Shown one piece after another: positions 5,954 to 13,558 of a stretch of DNA of 13,558 bases (its first letter is position 1; each line of letters starts with the position of its first letter). Source of the stretch: Pseudobacteriovorax sp. (GTDB taxonomy: Bacteria > Bdellovibrionota_B > Oligoflexia > Oligoflexales > Oligoflexaceae); assembly GCA_050293845.1 (NCBI GenBank), contig JBNKNM010000152.1, positions 1 to 13,558 of the forward strand, given 5' to 3'. The translations under genes and the position numbers were made by a program. The notes under the pieces are model-generated. The model saw nothing but the letters and a program-made list of their open reading frames with translations, was not told where the DNA came from and did no database searches.

Positions 5954-8676
5954 ATCTCTTTCCTTTGAACCCCCGCCATTAATGCTTCAGCTATATTGTC
6001 TTGCTTCATTAGAGTCTTTCGTACAAAAAAATCCATGTCATTGGTCTTTCCTATAGAACGGTCTGTGGACATTCCTACTGCAATAATCTTTGGAATTTTT
6101 TCCTTAGCATAGGATATGACTTTTAAACCTTCTGAAGGATCATCATACTCTTTGGACAAATGTATATCAGAAAGGAGGAAATCGTAAGGTTTAGAGTTTA
6201 AAAATTCTACAGCTTCGTCGTAGCTACCAGCAACATCACAGTTGATCATTTTCGCAGCTTGCTTTTGCATGAAATTCCTTTGAACCATTTCATCTTCGAC
6301 GATTAAAAGATATTTATCTTTAAGAGTTGCTTTAAAATTTATTAAACTCATCTTCTGGTTTTCCTCGATTGTATGCTTTTTATATGTCCCTAAGAGGCTA
6401 TTTAGGGCCTCAGAAGGCATCTTGGGTAAGACTCCTTTAAATACTCCCGGTTCCACTTCATTGGAACTGGAACACAGATATATAGGAACTTCCGGTGCCA
6501 AGTTCTTGAGATGAATTGCAACATCCATGCCTGTTTTCCCATCTTCAAGATAATAATCGGTTACAACCGCGGAAACTGTTTCAAAATAATTTGTAGCGCT
6601 AGCTACTTGCAAAAATTTGCCAAAACTTGTAAATACCTCACCTGAATTTGCATCTTTAAATAAGGCTTCCCATGCTGATGCGAGGATAGGGCTATCTTCG
6701 ACTACGACAATTTTACCTTGTATTTTAGGGGCGGAGCTTCCAGCTTCCAAGCGCATCTGGTCATCGCTTAAATTTAGGGCCGAGGCTAGAATTTTTAAAA
6801 GGTGAAGCCTTGTCATGGGTTTGGGAAGAAACAGATCAGCACCAGCTTTAAGGGCTTGAGACTGGTATTCTAGAGCTCCTCGGTTGGAGTGAATGCAGAT
6901 CTTTGCTTTTGGCATGTATTTACGGATGGCGGGCAAGGCGTCAAAGCCGTTAAAGTGACCTCTACCTAGGTCAACGTCAAGAATAACTACATCAAATTCT
7001 AAGTCACCAAGTTCGGCTATAACAGCTTCAGCACTTTCAAATTCCTCGACCTGTAGTTTATCCGCTAATTTCTCGCTTATCTCCATGTGACTTCTAAGGT
7101 GGCGCCTGTATATTGCTTCATCGTCAATGATGGCTACTTTTAGGTTGTTACCTGTGGCCTTTATAATATTATATTCGATCACCTGCTCTTCTGCAGAGTC
7201 TACTTCGGAGTGTTTAGCAATAGGGGAGTCTTCTATTTCTACTTTTATAGAAGCCGCCTTGAAATACTCTTGACTGGATCTTAGTAGCTGCACTTTACTA
7301 TCATCAATTTCGCCTGCCATCGGTAGAGTAAAGTAAAATTCTGTTCCTTTTTCTTCTGAAGACTCGCACCAGATTTTTCCACCGTGGGCTTCTACAACTT
7401 GTTGGGCTATGGCTAAACCTAGACCCGTGCCACCCTTTTTGCCCTTGGTGAAAAAGGCTTCGAAGAGTTGTTTTCGATCATCATCTGGTATATAAGTGTT
7501 GGAGTTTCCAAGGCAGATTTCGACTTTGTCGCCTTTTTCCTTGCTGTGAAACCAAAGCTCCCCTTTACCTTTCATATGTTCAACGGCATTACCGATAATA
7601 TTGGCAAAAACTCGTCCGACTTTTAATCGATTAACATTTACTTTATGGCTATGCTCTAATTTATATTGGATATCAATAGTGGCATCTTCATTAAAACGGA
7701 ATAGATTTTTTAAGGTTTCGTTAAGTATAGCTGATGTAGAGTCAGACTCAGCGATAAGTTCACTGTCTGTTTTTCCTACTTCCATAACATCTTGGATCAT
7801 ACCGTTGACGCTGTCTAGGGATGAAGAGATATCGGGAATGCTGTCTTTAAGTATTTTTTTGACTTGATCTGTATTTTTTGCTGTGGAAACTATTTCAATA
7901 AGAGCTGAGACTAAAGTGAAGGGCTTTCTTACATCGTGGGCTAACATCTGAGTTGTTTTGGCTATTGCACTCTGTCTTTCTAGATTTCTAACACTTTGAA
8001 ACAAACTAATTACCGATAATCTGATGGGATCAAATTCCACATACGGTGATATTAAACTAGCCCCGTGATTAACGTTAGTAACTTGAACAGAAAAGTCTTT
8101 AATTTCTTTCTCAATACCCTTAAATACATGTTTAGAAAGTACACTAGTAATTGAAAGAGCGATGATTAGGGTTGCAAATACTAGAAAAAATACGACCCAA
8201 CTAAAATCTTGTTGCTGTATTTCTAGGTATAAAAAATATCTTTGATTATTTCCACTGACAAAGTTAAATAAATAAGTAGGTTTATTCTCATTTAATCTAA
8301 AAAACACAGCTCTATTTTTCGTAAGCGATGCAAAATTACTTGAAATATCAAGTAATTTTTCTTCGCCTGGTATACGCTGAATTTCGTAGCCGTCATGAGA
8401 AAACACTCTAAATTGGGATAATCCGTGTAATTTTTTTTGGTTCAATATTTCAATTTTGGCATAACGAGGAGATGTTGTTCGAATTAATTTATCAAAATAT
8501 TTAACAACTGTTTCGGCTTTATATAAATAGACTTCTTCTTGTTTAAGGTTTTCAATATAGTAGTAGCCAATGGTGAGTATCATAGAAATAAAAAAGGAGC
8601 TAAGTCCTAAAATTCCTAAAAATGCACGAAATGAAACTTGATAAAGAGATTTTTTACTTATCTTCTGCAAAATCAA
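5950..8676 (-). CDS. Membrane hybrid sensor histidine kinase with three C-terminal receiver domains
   Basis: Two TM helices flank a periplasmic domain of about 120 aa. H-box MLAHDVRKPF (H247), N-box NIIGNA, F-box FEAFFT, G2 GTGLGL. Three REC domains: IIDDE/ILDVD/PKP, VVEDS/VTDYY/PK and IVEDE/LSDIH/RK. Confidence 0.95.
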   Translation of the reverse strand: MILQKISKKSLYQVSFRAFLGILGLSSFFISMILTIGYYYIENLKQEEVYLYKAETVVKYFDKLIRTTSPRYAKIEILNQKKLHGLSQFRVFSHDGYEIQRIPGEEKLLDISSNFASLTKNRAVFFRLNENKPTYLFNFVSGNNQRYFLYLEIQQQDFSWVVFFLVFATLIIALSITSVLSKHVFKGIEKEIKDFSVQVTNVNHGASLISPYVEFDPIRLSVISLFQSVRNLERQSAIAKTTQMLAHDVRKPFTLVSALIEIVSTAKNTDQVKKILKDSIPDISSSLDSVNGMIQDVMEVGKTDSELIAESDSTSAILNETLKNLFRFNEDATIDIQYKLEHSHKVNVNRLKVGRVFANIIGNAVEHMKGKGELWFHSKEKGDKVEICLGNSNTYIPDDDRKQLFEAFFTKGKKGGTGLGLAIAQQVVEAHGGKIWCESSEEKGTEFYFTLPMAGEIDDSKVQLLRSSQEYFKAASIKVEIEDSPIAKHSEVDSAEEQVIEYNIIKATGNNLKVAIIDDEAIYRRHLRSHMEISEKLADKLQVEEFESAEAVIAELGDLEFDVVILDVDLGRGHFNGFDALPAIRKYMPKAKICIHSNRGALEYQSQALKAGADLFLPKPMTRLHLLKILASALNLSDDQMRLEAGSSAPKIQGKIVVVEDSPILASAWEALFKDANSGEVFTSFGKFLQVASATNYFETVSAVVTDYYLEDGKTGMDVAIHLKNLAPEVPIYLCSSSNEVEPGVFKGVLPKMPSEALNSLLGTYKKHTIEENQKMSLINFKATLKDKYLLIVEDEMVQRNFMQKQAAKMINCDVAGSYDEAVEFLNSKPYDFLLSDIHLSKEYDDPSEGLKVISYAKEKIPKIIAVGMSTDRSIGKTNDMDFFVRKTLMKQDNIAEALMAGVQRKEI

Positions 8677-10132
8677 GATCGCTTATATCGATAGTTTCAT
8701 CATAAAATTTTACTCTTTCTGCGCTGATATTCTTAGTGAACAAAGCTATTGAAGAAAAATGCGCTAGAGGAAGATATAATCCTTCTTGTCCTGCATTTAA
8801 TAGCATTTCAGCTAATTTTTTATCTCTCTCAATATCATTTGTGATTTTCTTGAGTTTTATATATTGTTGCTGAATCAAATTATCGTAATCGGCTATAAAC
8901 TTGAACTGATTTTCGAGAACCATATTAAGCCAAATGACGGGAGAAGGATCAGCAGCGCCAAAAGTATATAAAAGAAAATCATACTTATCGTTTTCATTCA
9001 ATAAAGTAGATAAGCTTATTGGGATAAATTTTAAATTGACTCCGAATTTACTAACCGCATTTTTTATTTCGTTATTTATTGATTTGCGGCTTAAGCTAGC
9101 TACTTTGTAAATTTTCTTAGGAGAGAATGACTTTTTAGAGGTATGTTTAATTGGTCTATGCAAAATAAAGCCCGGAGGTTGTAGAGATTTGGCAAAATAA
9201 ACATTTTCAAAACGATCAAAAGTTATTGACTCTTTATCTAACTTTTCTCCCAAGTATCTTACAACATTTTTCCCTTCTTCTATGTTACTTGAAGTTGGGA
9301 TCATCAGTAGCACACGATCGATAGGCCTAGTCCAAAAATTGAATTTAACTTCAAGTCCTTTTAGGAGGCTCTTTTCGACAAAATTTTGGTCCATTATCAA
9401 ATTCGGCCATGCCGTTTCATTTAACAAATTTTTCAGATTAAGACCTTGATCCGGGAAATCTCGCATTCTTACAATTTGTGGCATGGATGCTCTATAATCG
9501 TAATAATTTCTATTAGAGGCCAGCGTTAGTTCTTCAGTGCTATGATGCTTAACATAATATGGTCCTAGTGAAATATCATTTCGTATAACGACCATCTCTT
9601 TATTAATTTGATCTTCTCGGATAATAGGTATAGTCGCTGCTGCTAAACGCTTGAATAGCTCAACTCCTGGCTCTTTTACGGCAAATTCGAATTTACTTGG
9701 CGACTTTATTATTAAGCCGCCTTTCAAAATCTCCGTGCTAAGGAGAGAAGATATACCATCGTACTGATTTGGCGCAACTTGTTTCAATCTACCCAAACTC
9801 AAGGCTATATCATTTGATGTAAACTCTTTTCCATCCGACCATCTGATATTATGATCAATTTCTAATAGATACCTTTTCGTTTGTTCATCGTATTTCCAAG
9901 AACTTAGTAGCTTACTTTCCGGCGTTGAGTCACCAGTTAGTTCAAACAAAGAATTAAATAGACAGAGAGTCAGATTGTATTCTGACATTGTATTAAAGTT
10001 TACAGGGTCGAAAGGCAACTTATACGAGTTGTAAATACGGATTTCGTTCATCTCCACTCGGCTTTCTGTCGCCAACGACCTTATAGGAGTGATAGCTACT
10101 ATCACTAAGATTACTAATTGTGCCCAATACAT
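8654..10132 (-). CDS. Family-5 extracellular solute-binding protein (OppA/DppA-like), with no permease genes adjacent
   Basis: Signal peptide, then the family-5 N-terminal pattern FDP...LFNSLF...LLSSW...IRWSDGKEFTSNDIALSL and GPYYV. RBS AGGA lies 8 nt upstream. Confidence 0.9.
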   Translation of the reverse strand: MYWAQLVILVIVAITPIRSLATESRVEMNEIRIYNSYKLPFDPVNFNTMSEYNLTLCLFNSLFELTGDSTPESKLLSSWKYDEQTKRYLLEIDHNIRWSDGKEFTSNDIALSLGRLKQVAPNQYDGISSLLSTEILKGGLIIKSPSKFEFAVKEPGVELFKRLAAATIPIIREDQINKEMVVIRNDISLGPYYVKHHSTEELTLASNRNYYDYRASMPQIVRMRDFPDQGLNLKNLLNETAWPNLIMDQNFVEKSLLKGLEVKFNFWTRPIDRVLLMIPTSSNIEEGKNVVRYLGEKLDKESITFDRFENVYFAKSLQPPGFILHRPIKHTSKKSFSPKKIYKVASLSRKSINNEIKNAVSKFGVNLKFIPISLSTLLNENDKYDFLLYTFGAADPSPVIWLNMVLENQFKFIADYDNLIQQQYIKLKKITNDIERDKKLAEMLLNAGQEGLYLPLAHFSSIALFTKNISAERVKFYDETIDISDLDFAEDK

Positions 10133-10299
10133 GATGCAGTTCCTGATTTTTGAATCATTATATCAGAAAAATCTTCCTGACATACATTTTGAGATGTATC
10201 AACCTTTTGGGAAGGCTTGCAAAGATTAATTTCACGTTCTTCGATTTGTGATTGTGGAGAAATAGTAGAAACAATAAATACAATAAGCTCAATAATCAT
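10114..10299 (-). CDS. 61-aa peptide, candidate YcaO substrate (RiPP precursor)
   Basis: Starts 11 nt after the YcaO stop with its own RBS (AAGGGA) and overlaps the binding-protein start. Hydrophobic N-terminus, acidic middle and C-terminal KSGTASCIGHN. Confidence 0.7.
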   Translation of the reverse strand: MIIELIVFIVSTISPQSQIEEREINLCKPSQKVDTSQNVCQEDFSDIMIQKSGTASCIGHN

Positions 10300-10310
10300 A
10301 AATAATCCCT

Positions 10311-11225
10311 TTACGGTAATGGATGTGGCTCCAAATTCGCATTGATAGAGTAACTTTTGTTTATATATTTAAATACATAGCTTGGCACGTCTTTTCCTAC
10401 CCATAGCTGAATAGCATCTTTACAAACAGCCTTTGTAATATAAGTAGGATTTCGACTTAATTCTATAACCTCTGGTTTCAAAGAAATCTTGCTATACTTT
10501 TTAACTTTTTTTTGAAAAAACCAAGAAGGAACCTGATGGTGATACCAGTATCTGGCATGATTAATGAGTCCGTCTGCCCAGTCATTTTTATTTGAAAGAC
10601 GCACGATATGTAAAGTATAGAAAGCTTCTGAAACTGCTTTATATACCGACTCTTCGGGATACTTCTTATACGCAGTTCCTACAATAAATCCACCCGTTTC
10701 TTGGTTAATTATTAAGGCTATTTTCACATCAATTGATGACAAATTTGTTGAAAGTATTTTCAACTTATGATTAATGCCTGACAAATAATTAATAAAGCTT
10801 CTTATACAATTGTATTTAGTTACGTCTTCGTCAAAAGGTGTTTTAGTCAACCAGTGTCTTAAAAAAGCATCACGTTCCAAAAGCTCTCTTATTGCCGCTT
10901 CACTACTTTTCCTTTGGTTTTCATGAGAGGCAACTCCATTTGACGATAATTTGCCAAACCTTTTTTTGTTTTCAAAACAACACTCTCTCTCCAGTAATTC
11001 ATTAATTGCTTTTAATTTAGCAAAACATTTTGATTCGTCTTCGCCGTATCCAAAGATCTTACCATAGATAGGGTGCTCGTATGAGACAATATAACGATTG
11101 CCTACCGGATCATTCTCACAAAGCGTAATCTTACCTAACTCTAAATTCGACTGCTTCCATTTAGCCAATACTTTAGAGTACTTTGGCCTTCTGAAGGGGT
11201 CGAATTTATTCATAAGTTTAAGCAA
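10311..11225 (-). CDS. YcaO-family ATP-dependent peptide backbone-modifying enzyme (compact, 304 aa)
   Basis: YcaO ATP/Mg motifs GYG...AKLKAINELLER, SSNGVASH...AIRELLERDA and GTA...VYKAVSEA. C-terminal PHPLP (PxPxP). RBS AGGGTG precedes the TTG. Confidence 0.9.
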   Translation of the reverse strand: MLKLMNKFDPFRRPKYSKVLAKWKQSNLELGKITLCENDPVGNRYIVSYEHPIYGKIFGYGEDESKCFAKLKAINELLERECCFENKKRFGKLSSNGVASHENQRKSSEAAIRELLERDAFLRHWLTKTPFDEDVTKYNCIRSFINYLSGINHKLKILSTNLSSIDVKIALIINQETGGFIVGTAYKKYPEESVYKAVSEAFYTLHIVRLSNKNDWADGLINHARYWYHHQVPSWFFQKKVKKYSKISLKPEVIELSRNPTYITKAVCKDAIQLWVGKDVPSYVFKYINKSYSINANLEPHPLP

Positions 11226-11808
11226 ATAATCACCCTATTTTGTGTGTATAGTATGCTGGCTAACTTTTGTGTCTCTACTATATTCATTTGTGATAGTCAA
11301 TATGAAATAGATGTTTCGCAGATTCTTGTTATGAAATTAACATTTTAAACTAAATTGGTCGTCAGCAACTTAATACTTCATTATCAATTAACATTTCTTA
11401 ATTGTATCTCTTACTCTGGATAACTCATTAATAAATTTAAATACATCTTTCAAACAGAAGCTTGCGAGATAGAACTGACTTACCTGTTTTACTTCTTATT
11501 GCGCTGCTGGGTCTGAAAAGGAGTTTATGAATGGTAAAATTTTTTTGATACTTTTCTCGGAAGATAGTTGGTTAATTTAGGTCCTTGATTAATCTTATTC
11601 CCATTTGACTCATACAGAGGACACATATACTCGTAAAAGTACGTTAGATACTGTTGATTTAGACGTAATACATTGGAAAGAAAATATCGCATCGGAGTGA
11701 GCACTCAATTTAGATAGTCAAGATTATCACTGACATGCAATAACCCCGACTAAATTCTCAATGTACCTACTTCCTTGCTAACGAGAAGAATGAGACCAAA
11801 ACCGCATT

Positions 11809-12093
11809 TTATGCAGCTTTTGTGTTTTCGAATGTCGATAATATTTCCCTAAAAGCCTCCAGTGCCGCTAGCGAAAGATCAAATCCCTCTGATACTGAAA
11901 AATCTTTAAGTTCCGCTGGTACTAAAGTTAGCCTACTGAACGCTTGAGACAATGCTTCACGAAAATCCTTGCTTTCAAAAAGCTTTAAAACATCGGTAAT
12001 TTGCAGTCCATCCCCCGAAACTTCCTTTCCAATTAGTACTCCTAGAGTTGTTATTAATGCAATAACATCCTGGGTTTCATTAATTCCGGCCAT
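11809..12093 (-). CDS. Phage-associated hypothetical protein (94 aa, helical, amphipathic)
   Basis: RBS GAGGT and last gene of the phage-like run. The pattern GINET...DG.QI.D...VPAELKD recalls small uncharacterised phage proteins (recollection, not verified). Confidence 0.75.
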   Translation of the reverse strand: MAGINETQDVIALITTLGVLIGKEVSGDGLQITDVLKLFESKDFREALSQAFSRLTLVPAELKDFSVSEGFDLSLAALEAFREILSTFENTKAA

Positions 12094-12100
12094 CTATACC

Positions 12101-12400
12101 TCACTTTAAATTATGTTGACTCCTATTAACGGAGTTTAAACTTACCGATTTTTCGAGTCGCTTCACAAGATCTGCTAAAAGTCTTAACAATAGAGCATTA
12201 TCTTTGGAAAATTTTTCAGACTCAGGAAGCTCAGCTATGATTTCTTTAATCTTTCTGTAAGCTGTGGCCGCCCTTGACCATTGCATCCATTTGCGGTGTT
12301 TGCTCCCACTAAGGCCCTGTGACTTAAATCTTGATTTCGGTAAACTGTGAGAATGGATCTCAGCGTAGTATTTAGAGTTCATAGTTAACTTTTTTACCAC
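12101..12400 (-). CDS. Basic hypothetical protein in the phage-like run (start uncertain: GTG 12400 or ATG 12382)
   Basis: Fills the gap between two co-oriented genes, with an overlap on one side and a 7-nt gap on the other. Confidence 0.6.
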   Translation of the reverse strand: MVKKLTMNSKYYAEIHSHSLPKSRFKSQGLSGSKHRKWMQWSRAATAYRKIKEIIAELPESEKFSKDNALLLRLLADLVKRLEKSVSLNSVNRSQHNLK

Positions 12401-13020
12401 AACCTTTTGTCGATTTCTGAATCTAGAGCACTAACAAAACGATTTTCCGCTGCAGAAGTCATTTTTTCTTTAGCTTTTTCACGCCTAAGCATAGATGCTA
12501 TAGAGGCGATAGTGCTGCGAATTATTAGCCATTTTCTATTTGTTTCCTTTGATTTCCAGACATGTAGCCTTGATCCCCTATCTTTCTGGATAAATTTCTT
12601 ATGAAAAATATAGGTCCGATGTCCCAGGGTAATGCCTACAACTTGTGTTCTTTTATCTCGCGGAATTCCCTTTTGTTTAATTGGTTTACGTTCAGAACTG
12701 AGGAATTTGATCGCTGAAAGACGTTTTTTGTTCGCAAACAGTTTTGAGGAGATGCCAGCTTCAATACCCCCGACACTTTTCACAAGACTAGTAGTAAGAA
12801 CAGAATCTACTGAAGGTTTTGAATAAGGATCTGCTGGCCCATATTTAGGACCTCTCCTAGGTAAGCCATATTTTTCTCTAGTAATCTCGCTGGAAACTTT
12901 TTTAGCGGCATTTATCGATTTATTTTGAGCATTTTTAATCGCTTGCAAATATGCTTTCATTCCCTCTTTCTTCAGCAGGAGAGGTAATTTTGATTTATCA
13001 AGTGAAAGCTGAATGTCCAT
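12394..13020 (-). CDS. Phage lambda gpZ-like (minor tail/neck) protein
   Basis: Very basic protein of about 208 aa with gpZ-like segments AIKNAQNKSINAAKK..SEITREKYGL, RLSAIKF and FIQ..RGSRLHVW, and a C-terminal helix ending LDSEIDKRL. The ATG overlaps the upstream stop (TGATG). Confidence 0.65.
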   Translation of the reverse strand: MDIQLSLDKSKLPLLLKKEGMKAYLQAIKNAQNKSINAAKKVSSEITREKYGLPRRGPKYGPADPYSKPSVDSVLTTSLVKSVGGIEAGISSKLFANKKRLSAIKFLSSERKPIKQKGIPRDKRTQVVGITLGHRTYIFHKKFIQKDRGSRLHVWKSKETNRKWLIIRSTIASIASMLRREKAKEKMTSAAENRFVSALDSEIDKRLW

Positions 13021-13346
13021 CAATTTTTCCGTTCAAGATGGGTCAATCTTTCCGATATGGCTTCCAAATTGCCATTAATCATTTCGAGAGATTTGGCATG
13101 CAGGTCGAGTTTTGCCGAGAGCTTATTGATACAGGATGTAAAATGCTGCAAAGACTGAATAAAGGATTCATAAGATCTATTATTTCGCTCTTCTACTTTT
13201 CCAATAGCTCTTTCAAGCCGCATTATGTCGCGATCGTATGTGGTTGGTGGTGGGGTGGGATTTTTACTGTCAAAATACATCCTGTAAATGAGGACGATAG
13301 CAACTAAAAAAGGGCCTCCTGTTTTAAATAGTTCAAGTTCGGCCAA
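13020..13346 (-). CDS. Small membrane protein, one TM plus coiled coil (holin/XhlA-like), 108 aa
   Basis: Start reassigned to TTG 13346, which has the RBS GGGAG upstream. N-terminal TM GGPFLVAIVLIYRMYF followed by a heptad-repeat C-terminus, in a phage context. Confidence 0.65.
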   Translation of the reverse strand: MAELELFKTGGPFLVAIVLIYRMYFDSKNPTPPPTTYDRDIMRLERAIGKVEERNNRSYESFIQSLQHFTSCINKLSAKLDLHAKSLEMINGNLEAISERLTHLERKN

Positions 13347-13395
13347 TTTCTTTCTCCCAACAAACCTCAACCTACATTGCCGGAACCATAATATA

Positions 13396-13557
13396 CTACT
13401 GGCGGCTATCGTGAGAAGACGAAGCTTTGCAGAAAATATTAAAAAATTCATTTATCTCTAGCGCTACGTAAACTTTGCTCCGGTTTCTTCGAAACGCTAA
13501 AATAGGTATTTCTTTTCCTGTTACATGACTTTTTGCTTGCTTTAATGCCTCCCAAAT
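13396..13557 (-). CDS. 3' end of a phage PD-(D/E)XK nuclease / Holliday junction resolvase-like protein (T5 D14-like)
   Basis: Not in the ORF track because the start is outside the window. Translation IWEALKQAKSHVTGKEIPILAFRRNRSKVYVALEINEFFNIFCKASSSHDSRQ* fits the family's C-terminal pattern (W.A..QA ... P....F.RNR....V). Confidence 0.75.
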   Translation of the reverse strand: MWEALKQAKSHVTGKEIPILAFRRNRSKVYVALEINEFFNIFCKASSSHDSRQ

Positions 13558-13558
13558 A

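Larger units (their letters stand above)
11809..13558 (-). mobile_element. Prophage or prophage remnant (continues beyond the window)
   Basis: Co-oriented, closely packed resolvase-like, holin-like and gpZ-like genes. No integrase or att site is visible in the window. Confidence 0.65.

Noticed and set aside
10311..11225. YcaO as part of a thioamide (TfuA) or linear azole antibiotic cluster
   Set aside because: No TfuA, E1-like protein, dehydrogenase, protease, exporter or immunity gene in the window.
11226..11808. Short ORFs in the AT-rich spacer (17-aa plus-strand ORF at 11527-11580; minus-strand ORF of about 55 aa starting MRYFLSNV)
   Set aside because: The first has its AAGGAG only 3 nt from the ATG, and the second has no RBS or recognisable features. 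No tRNA or att-like repeat was seen here either.
146..13307. Plus-strand ORFs in the track (146-376, 390-596, 2516-2875, 3259-3504, 5044-5289, 6617-6805, 7601-7867, 12407-12604, 12632-12826, 12951-13307)
   Set aside because: All lie antisense to better-supported minus-strand genes and show no recognisable motifs, so they are treated as shadow ORFs.
13347..13451. N-terminal 35 aa of the 143-aa ORF
   Set aside because: Overlaps the nuclease gene end, and a better start with an RBS exists at 13346.

Overview
AT-rich bacterial window in which every credible gene is on the minus strand. Motif style suggests Bdellovibrionota/Oligoflexia, but that is an inference. Read in the direction of transcription (right to left) there are three blocks. 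(1) 13558-11809: a phage-like gene run with the 3' end of a D14-like PD-(D/E)XK nuclease/resolvase missed by the ORF track, a holin/XhlA-like membrane protein, a lambda gpZ-like protein and two hypotheticals. (2) 11225-4227: a tightly coupled operon with a compact stand-alone YcaO (C-terminal PHPLP), a 61-aa Ser/Thr/Cys-containing peptide, an orphan family-5 (OppA/DppA-like) binding protein, a membrane hybrid histidine kinase with three receiver domains, a 61-aa His-containing helical mini-protein and a sigma54 enhancer-binding response regulator. (3) 3910-1: a consensus sigma54 promoter (TGGCACGAAGATTGCT), with repeated candidate activator sites upstream, in front of at least five uncharacterised exported or membrane proteins. 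The best hypothesis is a self-contained peptide signalling circuit (quorum-sensing-like, YcaO-modified RiPP) controlling a secreted protein system. A sharp GC step inside the kinase gene suggests that the signal and sensor part is an exchangeable cassette.
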